Shown: one piece after another, positions 29,634-38,146 of the stretch
Position numbering within the stretch: position 1 is the stretch's first letter
How the letters are laid out: each line of letters begins with the position of its first letter
Assembly: GCA_036503045.1 (NCBI GenBank)
Contig: DASXXO010000155.1
Coordinates: 1 to 38,146, forward strand
DNA: 38,146 bases
Reading direction: 5' to 3'
Origin: Caldimonas sp.
Lineage (GTDB): Bacteria; Pseudomonadota; Gammaproteobacteria; Burkholderiales; Burkholderiaceae_C
Notes under the pieces: model-generated
The model's database searches: none
Told to the model about the DNA's origin: nothing
What the model saw: only the letters and a program-made list of their open reading frames with translations
Program-made: the position numbers and the translations under genes

Positions 29634-31220
29634 ATGTTCCCCGACCCGCCGCCGTTACCTCCTTTGCGCCGTCGCGCATGGCCTGCCCGCATCGCCGCCC
29701 TCGCCTTCGGTGCGCTCCTCGCGAGCTGCGGCGGTGGCGGTGGCGGCGGTGTAACGCCTGCGCCGGGCGTCGACGGGCCCGCGTGGTGGCAGTTCGGTCG
29801 CGATACGCAGCACACCGCCGGCGCCGCCGTCGCGACCCAGGACCTGAACCGCATCGCTTGGTCGACACCAGTCGACCTCGCGCCGCCGCGGCAGCTGAAC
29901 GGGACGCTCCTCATCCACTACGGCTCGCCGGTCGTCACCTCGCACAACACGGTCGTCGTGCCGGTGAAGACGGGCAGCGGCGGCGGCTATCGCCTCGACG
30001 CGCGCTCGGGCGTGAACGGCGAACTGATCTGGTCGGCGAGCACCGACTACGCGGTGCCGGCGCACAACTGGGTGCCGAGCTACAACATCGCGCTGACCAT
30101 CGGCAACCGGCTCTATGCGCCGGGGGCCGGCGGCAAGCTGCTGGTGATGGACGACGCCGATACCGCCGGCGGCGCGTTGCGCAGCGTCGTCTTCTATGGC
30201 GCGGCCACCTACAGCGCGACCCCTGCCGCGTTCGACGCCGGCGTGTTCGTCAACACGCCGCTGACGGTCGATGCGCAAGGCAACGTGTTCTTCGGCTTCA
30301 TCGTCACCGGCGCCAATCCGGCAGGTCTCACCAGCGGCATCGCGCGCGTCGACACGAGCGGCGTCGGCAGCTGGACGGCTGCCTCGATCGCGGCCGACGA
30401 CGCGACGATCGCGAAGGTCGCGATGAACAGCGCGCCGGCACTGTCGACAGACGCCAAGACCTTGTACGTCGCGGTGAACACCGCACCGGCCCCGGGTACG
30501 ACGCAGGTCGGCTACCTGCTCGCGCTCGACAGCGCGACGCTCGCGCTCAAGAGCAAGGTGCTACTCGTCGACCCGAAATCGGGAGTGCTCGCCTGGATGA
30601 GCGACGATTCGACCGCCTCACCGACGGTCGGTCCGGACGGCGACGTCTTCTTCGGCGTCCTCGAATCGACCTTCGGCACGCACGACGCGCGCGGCTGGCT
30701 GCTCCACTTCGACGCGACGCTCGCGACGACCAGCGTACCGGGCGGCTTCGGCTGGGACGACACCGCGTCGATCGTTCCGGCGTCGATGGTGCCGTCGTAC
30801 GGCGGCGCCTCGCCCTATCTGCTCATGACCAAGTACAACAACTACCAGGGTATCGGCAACGGCGACGGACTGAACCGCCTCGCCATCCTCGATCCGCGCG
30901 CGACGCAGGTCGATCCGATCTCGGGAGTCGCGATCATGAACGAGGTGCTGACGATCCTCGGCCCGACGTTCGAATCCGGCACCAGCGGCCCGGTGAAGGA
31001 GTGGTGCATCAACTCTGCCGCCGTCGATCCGGTCACGAAGTCGGTGCTCGTCAACAGCGAGGACGGCTTCCTCTACCGCTGGGATCTCGTCGCTAACCGG
31101 CTCAGCCAGAAGATCCAGCTGACGAGCGGCATCGGCGAGTCGTACACGCCGACCGCCATCGGCGCCGACGGCGCGGTCTACGCGATCAACAACGCTGTGC
31201 TGTTCTCGATCGCGAAGTAG
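29634..31220 (+). CDS. Hypothetical lipoprotein, probable PQQ-like beta-propeller
   Basis: Lipobox LASC followed by Gly7. Repeated beta-propeller-like units (WSTPV, SPVVT, APALSTD, SPTVGPDG, PTAIGADG..VYA). Alternative start at 29610. Confidence 0.7.
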   Translation: MFPDPPPLPPLRRRAWPARIAALAFGALLASCGGGGGGGVTPAPGVDGPAWWQFGRDTQHTAGAAVATQDLNRIAWSTPVDLAPPRQLNGTLLIHYGSPVVTSHNTVVVPVKTGSGGGYRLDARSGVNGELIWSASTDYAVPAHNWVPSYNIALTIGNRLYAPGAGGKLLVMDDADTAGGALRSVVFYGAATYSATPAAFDAGVFVNTPLTVDAQGNVFFGFIVTGANPAGLTSGIARVDTSGVGSWTAASIAADDATIAKVAMNSAPALSTDAKTLYVAVNTAPAPGTTQVGYLLALDSATLALKSKVLLVDPKSGVLAWMSDDSTASPTVGPDGDVFFGVLESTFGTHDARGWLLHFDATLATTSVPGGFGWDDTASIVPASMVPSYGGASPYLLMTKYNNYQGIGNGDGLNRLAILDPRATQVDPISGVAIMNEVLTILGPTFESGTSGPVKEWCINSAAVDPVTKSVLVNSEDGFLYRWDLVANRLSQKIQLTSGIGESYTPTAIGADGAVYAINNAVLFSIAK

Positions 31221-31253
31221 CCGCCGCGTCCGTCGCGCACTCGCGAGGCAACG

Positions 31254-32000
31254 ATGAGCACGACCCAGGACCTCGTCAGCGCATTGAAGGCCGAGCTACG
31301 GGCGGCCGGCGTGACCTACGCCGACCTCGCCGATGCGCTCGGCATGTCGGAGTCGAGCGTCAAGCGCGCTTTCGGGAAGGCCGACATGCCGCTCTCGCGC
31401 ATCGACGAGATGCTGCGCGTGCTGAAGATGGATTTCGCCGAGCTGGCGAGGAAGGTCGCCGACGCGCAGCCGCTCTCGCGCCAGCTCACGGTCGAGCAGG
31501 AAGCTGCGGTCGTGGCCGACCGGAAGCTCCTGCTGCTCGCGATCTGCTGCCTCAGCCAATGGAGCTTCGAGGCGATGACGCACGAGTACGCGCTGAGCGA
31601 CGCCGAATGCATCGAGTACCTGGCACAGCTCGACCGCCTCGACATCATCGAGCTGCGCGCGCTCAATCGCTACCGGCTCAAGGTCGCGAAAGGATTCCGC
31701 TGGCTGCCGCACGGGCCGGTGATGAAGTACTTCCGCGAGCACGTCGCGGCCGACTACCTGAGCGGCAGCTTCGACGGCGAGGGCGAGCTGATCATGCTGG
31801 TCCACGGCGAGATCACGCCGAGCCTTGCGAGCTCGCTGGTCGAGCGGCTGCGGCGCGTCGGCCAGGACTTCGCGCAGGCGCACCTCACGGACCAGCGGCT
31901 CCCTGAAGAGCAGCGCACGCCGTACACGTTGCTGGTCGGCATGCGCACGTGGCTGTTCGCAGCGTTTCGCGACCTGAAGCGCGAGCCGCCGACCTCCTGA
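31254..32000 (+). CDS. XRE/Cro-C1-type helix-turn-helix transcriptional regulator
   Basis: LKAELRAAGVTYADLADALGMSESSVKR HTH plus a conserved C-terminal domain (LDRLDIIELRALNRYRLKV..FRW.P.GPV). Confidence 0.82.
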   Translation: MSTTQDLVSALKAELRAAGVTYADLADALGMSESSVKRAFGKADMPLSRIDEMLRVLKMDFAELARKVADAQPLSRQLTVEQEAAVVADRKLLLLAICCLSQWSFEAMTHEYALSDAECIEYLAQLDRLDIIELRALNRYRLKVAKGFRWLPHGPVMKYFREHVAADYLSGSFDGEGELIMLVHGEITPSLASSLVERLRRVGQDFAQAHLTDQRLPEEQRTPYTLLVGMRTWLFAAFRDLKREPPTS

Positions 32001-32065
32001 AGCTTCGAGTCGGGGCCGATCGACTGGGCGGAACTGGATGGCGCAGATACGCCCGTGTGTCGCGA

Positions 32066-32908
32066 TCAGGCGTCGACGCGGTCGATCAGGAAGTTCGCGC
32101 CCGGATACTGGCCGAGCACGTCGACCAGATAGGGCAGCGTCGACGCCAGCGCAGCGTGCAGCGCGTGCGGCGGGTTGAGCACGAAGACGCCGCTGCCGGC
32201 AAGGCCGAAGCCGCGCGCGTCCGGCTCCTGGACCGTGAGTCGCGCGTGCAGCCAGCCCTTGGGGGCGAGCGCCGAGAGCCGACGCGGCAGCTCGGCGGCC
32301 TCGACCTTGGAGACCTGCGGATACCAGACGACGTAGATGCCGTCCGTGAAGCGCGTCAGCGCGTCGCGCAGCGTCGCGACCACTTTTCCATAGTCGGCAT
32401 TGCCCTCGTAGCTCGGATCGACGAGCACAGCGCCGCGCCGGGTCGGCGGCGGCAGCTGCGAGCGCAGCGCCGTGAATCCGTCGGCGTCGTAGACGGTCGC
32501 GCGGCGCTGGCCGGCGAGCGTCGCGCGCAGGATCTTCTGCTCGGTCGGATGGAGCTCGAACGCGCGCAACTCGTCCTGCGGGCGCAGCAACTGCAGCGCG
32601 AGCGACGGCGAGCCCGGATACTGCGCGAGCACGCCGTCGGGATTGAAGCGACGCACCAGCTCGACAAAGTCGGTGAGCGGCGCGGGGAGGTCGGTGCGCG
32701 TCCAGAGCAGGCCGATGCCGCGCTCGTATTCGGCATTCTTCTTCGCGTAGCGGCCGAGCAGCGAATAGCCGCCCGCGCCGGCGTGGGTGTCGACGAACCG
32801 GTAGCCCTTTTCCTTGGCACCCAGGTGGCGCAGCACGAGCATCAGGACGACGTGCTTGAGCACGTCGGCATGGTTGCCGGCGTGGAAGGCATGGCGGTAC
32901 GCGAGCAT
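32066..32908 (-). CDS. rlmJ: 23S rRNA (adenine(2030)-N6)-methyltransferase RlmJ
   Basis: MLAYRHAFHAGNHADVLKH, DTHAGAG, YPGSP, ELHP, DPSYE, VWYP. TGATG overlap with the MOSC gene. Confidence 0.95.
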   Translation of the reverse strand: MLAYRHAFHAGNHADVLKHVVLMLVLRHLGAKEKGYRFVDTHAGAGGYSLLGRYAKKNAEYERGIGLLWTRTDLPAPLTDFVELVRRFNPDGVLAQYPGSPSLALQLLRPQDELRAFELHPTEQKILRATLAGQRRATVYDADGFTALRSQLPPPTRRGAVLVDPSYEGNADYGKVVATLRDALTRFTDGIYVVWYPQVSKVEAAELPRRLSALAPKGWLHARLTVQEPDARGFGLAGSGVFVLNPPHALHAALASTLPYLVDVLGQYPGANFLIDRVDA

Positions 32909-33492
32909 CAGGCGCCCCGGCCGGTGCGCCCGCGAAACAGCTCCCGGATGCTCACCTCGCGCGGCCCGCTGGCGACGTCGAAGGCGTCGCCGACGCCGAT
33001 CGTCCCGGGCTCGCGCACCGCGAGATACCAGCCGCACCAGGCGCTCTCGGTCATCAGCTTGGCGGCGTGCTTGAAGCCCAGGGCGGCATTGAACTTGAAG
33101 CACGGCAGGCGCGGGGCGCTGACCGCGAGCGCGCATTGCGGAAAGCGCAGCACGTCGCCGACGAAGAGATCGGTCTCGACGATGCCTGCCGTGGTGAGGT
33201 TTTCCCCGAGCGATCCCGGCGGCAGCGGGTCGCCCCAGAGCGCGATGCCGGCCTGCGCGCGGACGGTCTGCCAGAACGGATAGTGCTCGCTCGGATACGC
33301 GTAGACCGCCCGGCTCACGCCGCCGTGGACGCGCAGGTCGGCCTGCTCGTCGCCGTCGATGCCGAGCGGCAGCAGCGCGCGCCGCCCGTCGACCGCGCGC
33401 TTGCCGATCGCGGTCAGGACGCACCGTCCGTCGATCGCCAGCGCGCTCGCGCGCCCGACGTTGACGCTCAGGACGCGTCCGGCAAGTGCCAT
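32908..33492 (-). CDS. MOSC-domain protein (YiiM-like)
   Basis: GIDGDEQADLRVHGG..RAVYAY..EHY, GENLT, PRLPCFK, GWYLAV..PG.I..GD. Confidence 0.9.
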   Translation of the reverse strand: MALAGRVLSVNVGRASALAIDGRCVLTAIGKRAVDGRRALLPLGIDGDEQADLRVHGGVSRAVYAYPSEHYPFWQTVRAQAGIALWGDPLPPGSLGENLTTAGIVETDLFVGDVLRFPQCALAVSAPRLPCFKFNAALGFKHAAKLMTESAWCGWYLAVREPGTIGVGDAFDVASGPREVSIRELFRGRTGRGA

Positions 33493-33502
33493 GGTGGCGC
33501 CG

Positions 33503-34309
33503 TCAGTAGCTCCGATAGCCGGGCTGACGGGCAACGACCGAACGCCCGCGCCCACCGGCGATCCAGGCGATGAAGATCTTGCCGGCCGGATGGCTGATGC
33601 GGAACGACCGCATCGCGTGGACGGGCTCGACGAGCGACGGGTCGCCTTCGGCCAGGACGACGAGCGGCGCGCCGCCGAGCGCTGTCCATGCACCGCGCTC
33701 GACGATCGCGTAGGCGCCGCGCGAGCGCACTTGCGCGGTGAAGCTGCGCCCCGGCTCGGCGGTCACGTACCAGGGCGCGACCGGCTCGATCAGCGCCGTG
33801 CGCCAGAGCGCCTGCTCGGCGAGGTGCACGCCAGAGCCGTCTCCCGGCGAAAGAAAGACGACGCTAGCGGGGTCGGCAGCGGCATTGGCGCGGATCTTCT
33901 CCAGGACCTCAACCGAGCTGCGGCTCGGCGGCGGCAGGCGACCCCGCACGCGCTCGGGCGGCGGGCCGACGACGATGAATTCGCCCGCCGCGATCGCGCG
34001 CCGGTCGTGCACCAGCCCTTCCCGCTCGAGCGCTTGCTCGGCCGCAGGCGCGTTGACGAGCGCCGCGTCGACCTCGCCGTTCTTGGCCGCCTCGAGCACG
34101 GCGAGCGCCGGACCGGGAACGAGCAGGATGGCGATCCCGGTATCGGCGCCGAACGCATGCTGCAGGCGGCGCGCCAGGCCGGAGTCATCGAGCGCGCGGT
34201 CGACCCCCAGGCGAAGCGGCCCGCCTCGCTCGGAAGGCTTCTGCGCCGACGCAGGCGCCGAGACAGCCGGCGTCGCCAACGCGGCGACAAAGAGACGGCG
34301 GCTCAGCAT
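33503..34309 (-). CDS. TupA-like (tungstate ABC) substrate-binding protein with degenerate anion-binding motifs
   Basis: Colinear with TupA (DSGL, DTGI, APAAE, FIVVGP, GDGSG.H..E..LW, WY, GAY, EGDP), but TTTS, VGTG and RGD.SGT are replaced. SRRLF signal. Confidence 0.75.
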   Translation of the reverse strand: MLSRRLFVAALATPAVSAPASAQKPSERGGPLRLGVDRALDDSGLARRLQHAFGADTGIAILLVPGPALAVLEAAKNGEVDAALVNAPAAEQALEREGLVHDRRAIAAGEFIVVGPPPERVRGRLPPPSRSSVEVLEKIRANAAADPASVVFLSPGDGSGVHLAEQALWRTALIEPVAPWYVTAEPGRSFTAQVRSRGAYAIVERGAWTALGGAPLVVLAEGDPSLVEPVHAMRSFRISHPAGKIFIAWIAGGRGRSVVARQPGYRSY

Positions 34310-34536
34310 CCGGTCATTATTGCGGCGCCACGGTCGATGGCCGGTCGGCACGGCCGATTGGCCCGGGGCTACACTCTCGTATCCCGAAAAACAGGCGCAA
34401 GAACGCCCCGCCGAGACCCCGATCTCACGAGTCGCGCATCGGCCGCTGCCCGCGGTGCCGGCCGCTCGCTCCCGTCCGCTCCTGTCCCGACTGGCCATCG
34501 CACCGTCGCGGGAATTTCGTTTGCTCTGAGCTGCTC

Positions 34537-36453
34537 ATGATTGCATCACCGACGAACCGTCTTCTGTCATCCGGGGGCGTCGTCCGCGCGCCGGCCCACG
34601 TCCGCCACGCGAAGCTGATCGAGTGGGTCGCCGAAATGGCGGCCTTGACGGAGGCGCGCGACGTCTATTGGTGCGACGGCAGCGCTGCCGAGTACGAGCG
34701 GCTCGCCGAGCAACTCGTCGCCGCCGGAACCTTCATCCGGCTCGACCCGGTGCTGCGCCCGCGCAGCTACCTCGCGCGCAGCAGCCCGAGCGATGTCGCC
34801 CGCGTCGAGGACCGCACCTTCATCTGCGCGGAGCGCGAGGAAGACGCCGGGCCGACCAACAACTGGAAGGCGCCGGCCGAGATGCGCGCGCTCCTCCAGC
34901 ACGGCCTGGCCGACGGCACGCCACCGCTCTTTCGCGGCTGCATGCGCGGCCGCACGATGTACGTCGTTCCCTTCTCGATGGGCCCGCTCGGCTCCGAGAT
35001 CGCGCACATCGGCGTCGAGTTGACCGACAGCGCCTACGTGGCGGTCAGCATGAAGATCATGGCCCGCATGGGGCGCGCGGTGCTCGAGGTGCTCGGCAGC
35101 GACGGCCCCTTCGTGCCGTGCATGCATTCGGTCGGCGCGCCGCTCGCCCCGGGCGAGAACGACGTGCCGTGGCCGTGCAATCCGGTCAAGTACATCGTCC
35201 ACTATCCCGAGACACAGGAGATCTGGAGCTATGGCTCGGGCTACGGCGGCAACGCACTGCTCGGCAAGAAGTGCTTCGCCCTGCGCATCGCCTCGAACAT
35301 GGGGCGCGCCGCAGCCAACGCCGCGCAGGGCCGGCCGGGCTGGCTCGCCGAGCACATGCTGATCCTCGGCGTGACGTCGCCGAGCGGCCGCAAGCATCAC
35401 GTCGCGGCGGCGTTCCCGAGCGCATGCGGCAAGACCAACTTCGCGATGCTGATCCCGCCGCCGACGCTCTCCGACTGGAAGGTGACGACGATCGGCGACG
35501 ACATCGCCTGGATCAAGCCCGGCAAGGACGGGCGGCTGTACGCGATCAACCCCGAGGCCGGCTACTTCGGCGTCGCTCCGGGGACCAACGAGAAGACCAA
35601 TCCCAACTGCATGGCGAGCGTCGGCCGTGACGCGATCTTCACCAACGTCGCGCTGACCGACGACGGCGATGTCTGGTGGGAAGGCATGACCGACGAGCCG
35701 CCGGCGCATCTCATCGACTGGCAGGGGCGCGACTGGACGCCGCAGATCGCGCGCGAGACCGGCGCGAAGGCCGCGCATCCGAACGCGCGCTTCACCGTCG
35801 CCGCGATCAACAACCCGGCGCTCGATCCGGCCTGGGATTCGCCCACGGGCGTTCCGATCGACGCTTTCATCTTCGGTGGTCGGCGCTCGACCACCGTGCC
35901 GCTCGTCACCGAGGCGCGCGATTGGACCGAAGGCGTCTACATGGCAGCGACCATGGGGTCGGAGACGACCGCCGCCGCCGCCGGCGCGCAGGGTGTCGTC
36001 CGCCGCGATCCGTTCGCGATGCTGCCGTTCACCGGCTACAACATGAGCGAGTACTTCCAGCACTGGCTCGACCTCGGCGCGGTCCTCGCCCGCTGCGGCG
36101 CCAAGCTGCCGAAGATCTTCTGCGTGAACTGGTTCAGGAAGGGTCCCGATGGCAAGTTCGTCTGGCCCGGCTACGGCGAGAACATGCGCGTCCTGCGCTG
36201 GATCGTCGAGCGCGTCGAAGGGCGTTCCGACGGTGCGCTGAATGCCTTCGGCGTCACACCGCGCTACGCTGACCTCGACTGGTCGGGACTCGACTTCGAT
36301 CCTGCGCGCTATGCGCTCGTCAGCAGCGTCGACCCCGAAGCGTGGGCCGGCGAGCTCGCGCTCCACGACGAGCTGTTCCGCCAGCTCGCCCATCGCCTGC
36401 CCGCCGAGCTCCCCGAGGTGCGCCGTCGTCTCGCCGCGCGTCTCGCCGGCTGA
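34537..36453 (+). CDS. pckG: Phosphoenolpyruvate carboxykinase (GTP)
   Basis: [75 protein letters not shown]. Confidence 0.97.
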   Translation: MIASPTNRLLSSGGVVRAPAHVRHAKLIEWVAEMAALTEARDVYWCDGSAAEYERLAEQLVAAGTFIRLDPVLRPRSYLARSSPSDVARVEDRTFICAEREEDAGPTNNWKAPAEMRALLQHGLADGTPPLFRGCMRGRTMYVVPFSMGPLGSEIAHIGVELTDSAYVAVSMKIMARMGRAVLEVLGSDGPFVPCMHSVGAPLAPGENDVPWPCNPVKYIVHYPETQEIWSYGSGYGGNALLGKKCFALRIASNMGRAAANAAQGRPGWLAEHMLILGVTSPSGRKHHVAAAFPSACGKTNFAMLIPPPTLSDWKVTTIGDDIAWIKPGKDGRLYAINPEAGYFGVAPGTNEKTNPNCMASVGRDAIFTNVALTDDGDVWWEGMTDEPPAHLIDWQGRDWTPQIARETGAKAAHPNARFTVAAINNPALDPAWDSPTGVPIDAFIFGGRRSTTVPLVTEARDWTEGVYMAATMGSETTAAAAGAQGVVRRDPFAMLPFTGYNMSEYFQHWLDLGAVLARCGAKLPKIFCVNWFRKGPDGKFVWPGYGENMRVLRWIVERVEGRSDGALNAFGVTPRYADLDWSGLDFDPARYALVSSVDPEAWAGELALHDELFRQLAHRLPAELPEVRRRLAARLAG

Positions 36454-36474
36454 CGCTCGGCCGGCCTCGGCTCG

Positions 36475-37233
36475 ATGAGCTCGCCCGAGTCGGCGCCGCC
36501 GTCGCGCGGCGCGGTCGCGGCCGCCGAGCAGGACCTGAGGGACCCCGAGTTCGCCGAGCTCGACGCGCTGCTCGCCGCGATTCCGGAGCCGCTCGAGCCA
36601 CTCGACGCGGTGATGCTCGACGGGTTCCTCTGCGGCGTCCTCGTCCAGCCGGTGCTTCCCGAAGTCGAGGACTGGCTGCCCTACGTCTTCGACGCCGGCG
36701 GCCATCGCTGGGGCGAGGCCGAGCCTTCGCACGAGCAGCGGCGCGCGCGGGCGCTCGTCCTGCGCCGGCACGCGGCGCTCAATCGCGCCATCGCCGAGGT
36801 CGGCGGGTTCGACCCATGCGTCCTCATGCCCGACGAAGGCGACGACGTCGAGGCGGCGGGGGGCGATCCGATCGTCGCGGCAGTCGGCCCGTGGGTCGCC
36901 GGCTTCGAGCAGGCGCTGCACCTCCTGCCTGCGCTCGTCGAGCTCGACGACCCGACGGTCGCGGCCGTGCTCGCGCGCCTGTTCCGATTCCTTCCCGACG
37001 ACGCCGGCGACGGCACGTCGGCGGGCCAACGCGAGCGGTTGCAGATCTCGCTCGACGACGCGATCGGTGAGCTCGTCGGCTGCGTCGCCGAGCTGTACGA
37101 GCTGACGCTGCCGCTTCGCTACAAGGTCGCGCCGGTGCGCCACGCCGCGCCGAAGGTCGGCCGCAACGATCCCTGCCCGTGCGGCAGCGGGCGCAAGTAC
37201 AAGCACTGCCACGGTGCAACGGCCGTGACCTGA
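36475..37233 (+). CDS. YecA/UPF0149-family protein with C-terminal SEC-C motif
   Basis: [38 protein letters not shown]. Confidence 0.88.
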   Translation: MSSPESAPPSRGAVAAAEQDLRDPEFAELDALLAAIPEPLEPLDAVMLDGFLCGVLVQPVLPEVEDWLPYVFDAGGHRWGEAEPSHEQRRARALVLRRHAALNRAIAEVGGFDPCVLMPDEGDDVEAAGGDPIVAAVGPWVAGFEQALHLLPALVELDDPTVAAVLARLFRFLPDDAGDGTSAGQRERLQISLDDAIGELVGCVAELYELTLPLRYKVAPVRHAAPKVGRNDPCPCGSGRKYKHCHGATAVT

Positions 37234-38003
37234 TGCGCCTGCAGCTGCTGTCCGACCTGCATCTCGAAACCGAGGCGTACGACCCCCGGCCGGCCGAGGG
37301 CGCCGAGCTGCTCGTCCTCGACGGCGACATCGACAGCACCTGGGAATCGCTCGCGCGCTTTCGCCGCTGGCCGACCCCGGTCTTGTTCGTCGCCGGCAAC
37401 CACGAGTTCGACGGACGCGACCTCGGCGAAGCTCTCCCTGCGCTGCGCGCGCGCTGCCGTGAACTCGGCATCACGATGCTCGAGCGCGAGAGCATCGTGT
37501 TGACCGACGAAGCGGGCGCTCGCCTCCGCATCGTCGGCACCACGCGTTGGTGCGACTTCGACCTGTTCGGTCCGGCCCGGCGCGCGAAGGCGATGCGCGC
37601 CGGTGCGTACTTTCTCGGGGTGATGCAGGCGACGATCGAAGGCCGGCCAATCGACCCGGAGGCGATGCGCGCGCTCGGACTCGACTGCCGCGCCTGGCTC
37701 GCCGCCGAACTGCAGCGTCCGCGGGACGGTTGGGACAAGACGGTCGTCGTCACCCACTTCGCGCCCAGCGTCCGCAGCGCCGACCCGCGCTACGGCGCGC
37801 GCAGCGGCACCGCGAGCTTCTGCAACGCCGACGACGGCCTGCTCCCGTTCGCCGACCTCTGGCTGCACGGCCACCTGCACTGCGTCCACGACTACCAGGT
37901 CGCGCATGCGGGCGGCGCGACCCGCGTCGTTTCCAACGCGCGGGGCCACGACCGGCGCGGCGAGACCGGTGGGCACCGCCCGCGGCTCGTCCTCGAGGTA
38001 TGA
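37233..38003 (+). CDS. Calcineurin-like metallophosphoesterase
   Basis: TGATG overlap with the upstream gene. SDLH, GDID, GNHE, THFAP, HGHLH motifs. Confidence 0.9.
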   Translation: MRLQLLSDLHLETEAYDPRPAEGAELLVLDGDIDSTWESLARFRRWPTPVLFVAGNHEFDGRDLGEALPALRARCRELGITMLERESIVLTDEAGARLRIVGTTRWCDFDLFGPARRAKAMRAGAYFLGVMQATIEGRPIDPEAMRALGLDCRAWLAAELQRPRDGWDKTVVVTHFAPSVRSADPRYGARSGTASFCNADDGLLPFADLWLHGHLHCVHDYQVAHAGGATRVVSNARGHDRRGETGGHRPRLVLEV

Positions 38004-38026
38004 AACGGCGCGCCGCCGCGCGCCCG

Positions 38027-38146
38027 TCAGAACGTCGAGCGGCGGTGCACGCGCAATGCGATGCGGCTGGGCGGCGCCGCGCGCTCGCGCGCCGCGACCT
38101 CGGCCGCAGACTCGGGCTGGATCGTCGTGATCGCGTCGAGCCCGAA
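38027..38146 (-). CDS. C-terminal 39 aa of an unidentified gene entering from the window edge
   Basis: Open frame FGLDAITTIQPESAAEVAARERAAPPSRIALRVHRRSTF* with host-like codon usage, converging on the metallophosphoesterase. Confidence 0.5.
   Translation of the reverse strand, partial: FGLDAITTIQPESAAEVAARERAAPPSRIALRVHRRSTF

Noticed and set aside
27098-31096. 1332-aa plus-strand ORF, and other very long ORFs such as 19245-22721, 34567-37212 and 5839-8076
   Set aside because: Antisense or alternate-frame shadows of real genes: Arg/Ala-rich, no motifs, expected in high-GC DNA.

Overview
High-GC betaproteobacterial chromosomal segment; a Burkholderiales/Comamonadaceae-like origin is inferred from protein similarity and gene order. 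It holds about 33 intact or edge-truncated genes and 4 gene remnants, with no tRNA, rRNA, CRISPR, integrase or transposase. Left to right: (1) a divergent TRAP dctP; (2) a sigma54-driven nitrogen-scavenging operon with a BMP/CUT2 ABC importer, an AmiF-type formamidase, biuret hydrolase BiuH and triuret hydrolase TrtA; (3) an Fpg/Nei-like glycosylase and a decaying dps with a putative OxyR box; (4) a ~9 kb catabolic cluster of unknown substrate lying between dps and oxyR, made of an intradiol dioxygenase, a citryl-CoA-lyase-like protein, a CaiB CoA-transferase, a Liv-type ABC importer, a stand-alone MetE C-terminal-domain Zn enzyme and a deleted maleylacetate reductase; (5) a housekeeping backbone: oxyR, Yip1, recG, queA, tgt, YihY, MFS-acyltransferase, a collapsed yiaAB/DUF2145 locus, an unknown beta-propeller lipoprotein, an XRE regulator, rlmJ, MOSC, a degenerate TupA-like binding protein, pckG, YecA/SEC-C and a metallophosphoesterase. 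The best candidates for undescribed biology are the MetE-like/dioxygenase/CoA-lyase pathway and the formamidase-extended triuret/biuret operon. Family calls come from motif recognition, not from database searches.
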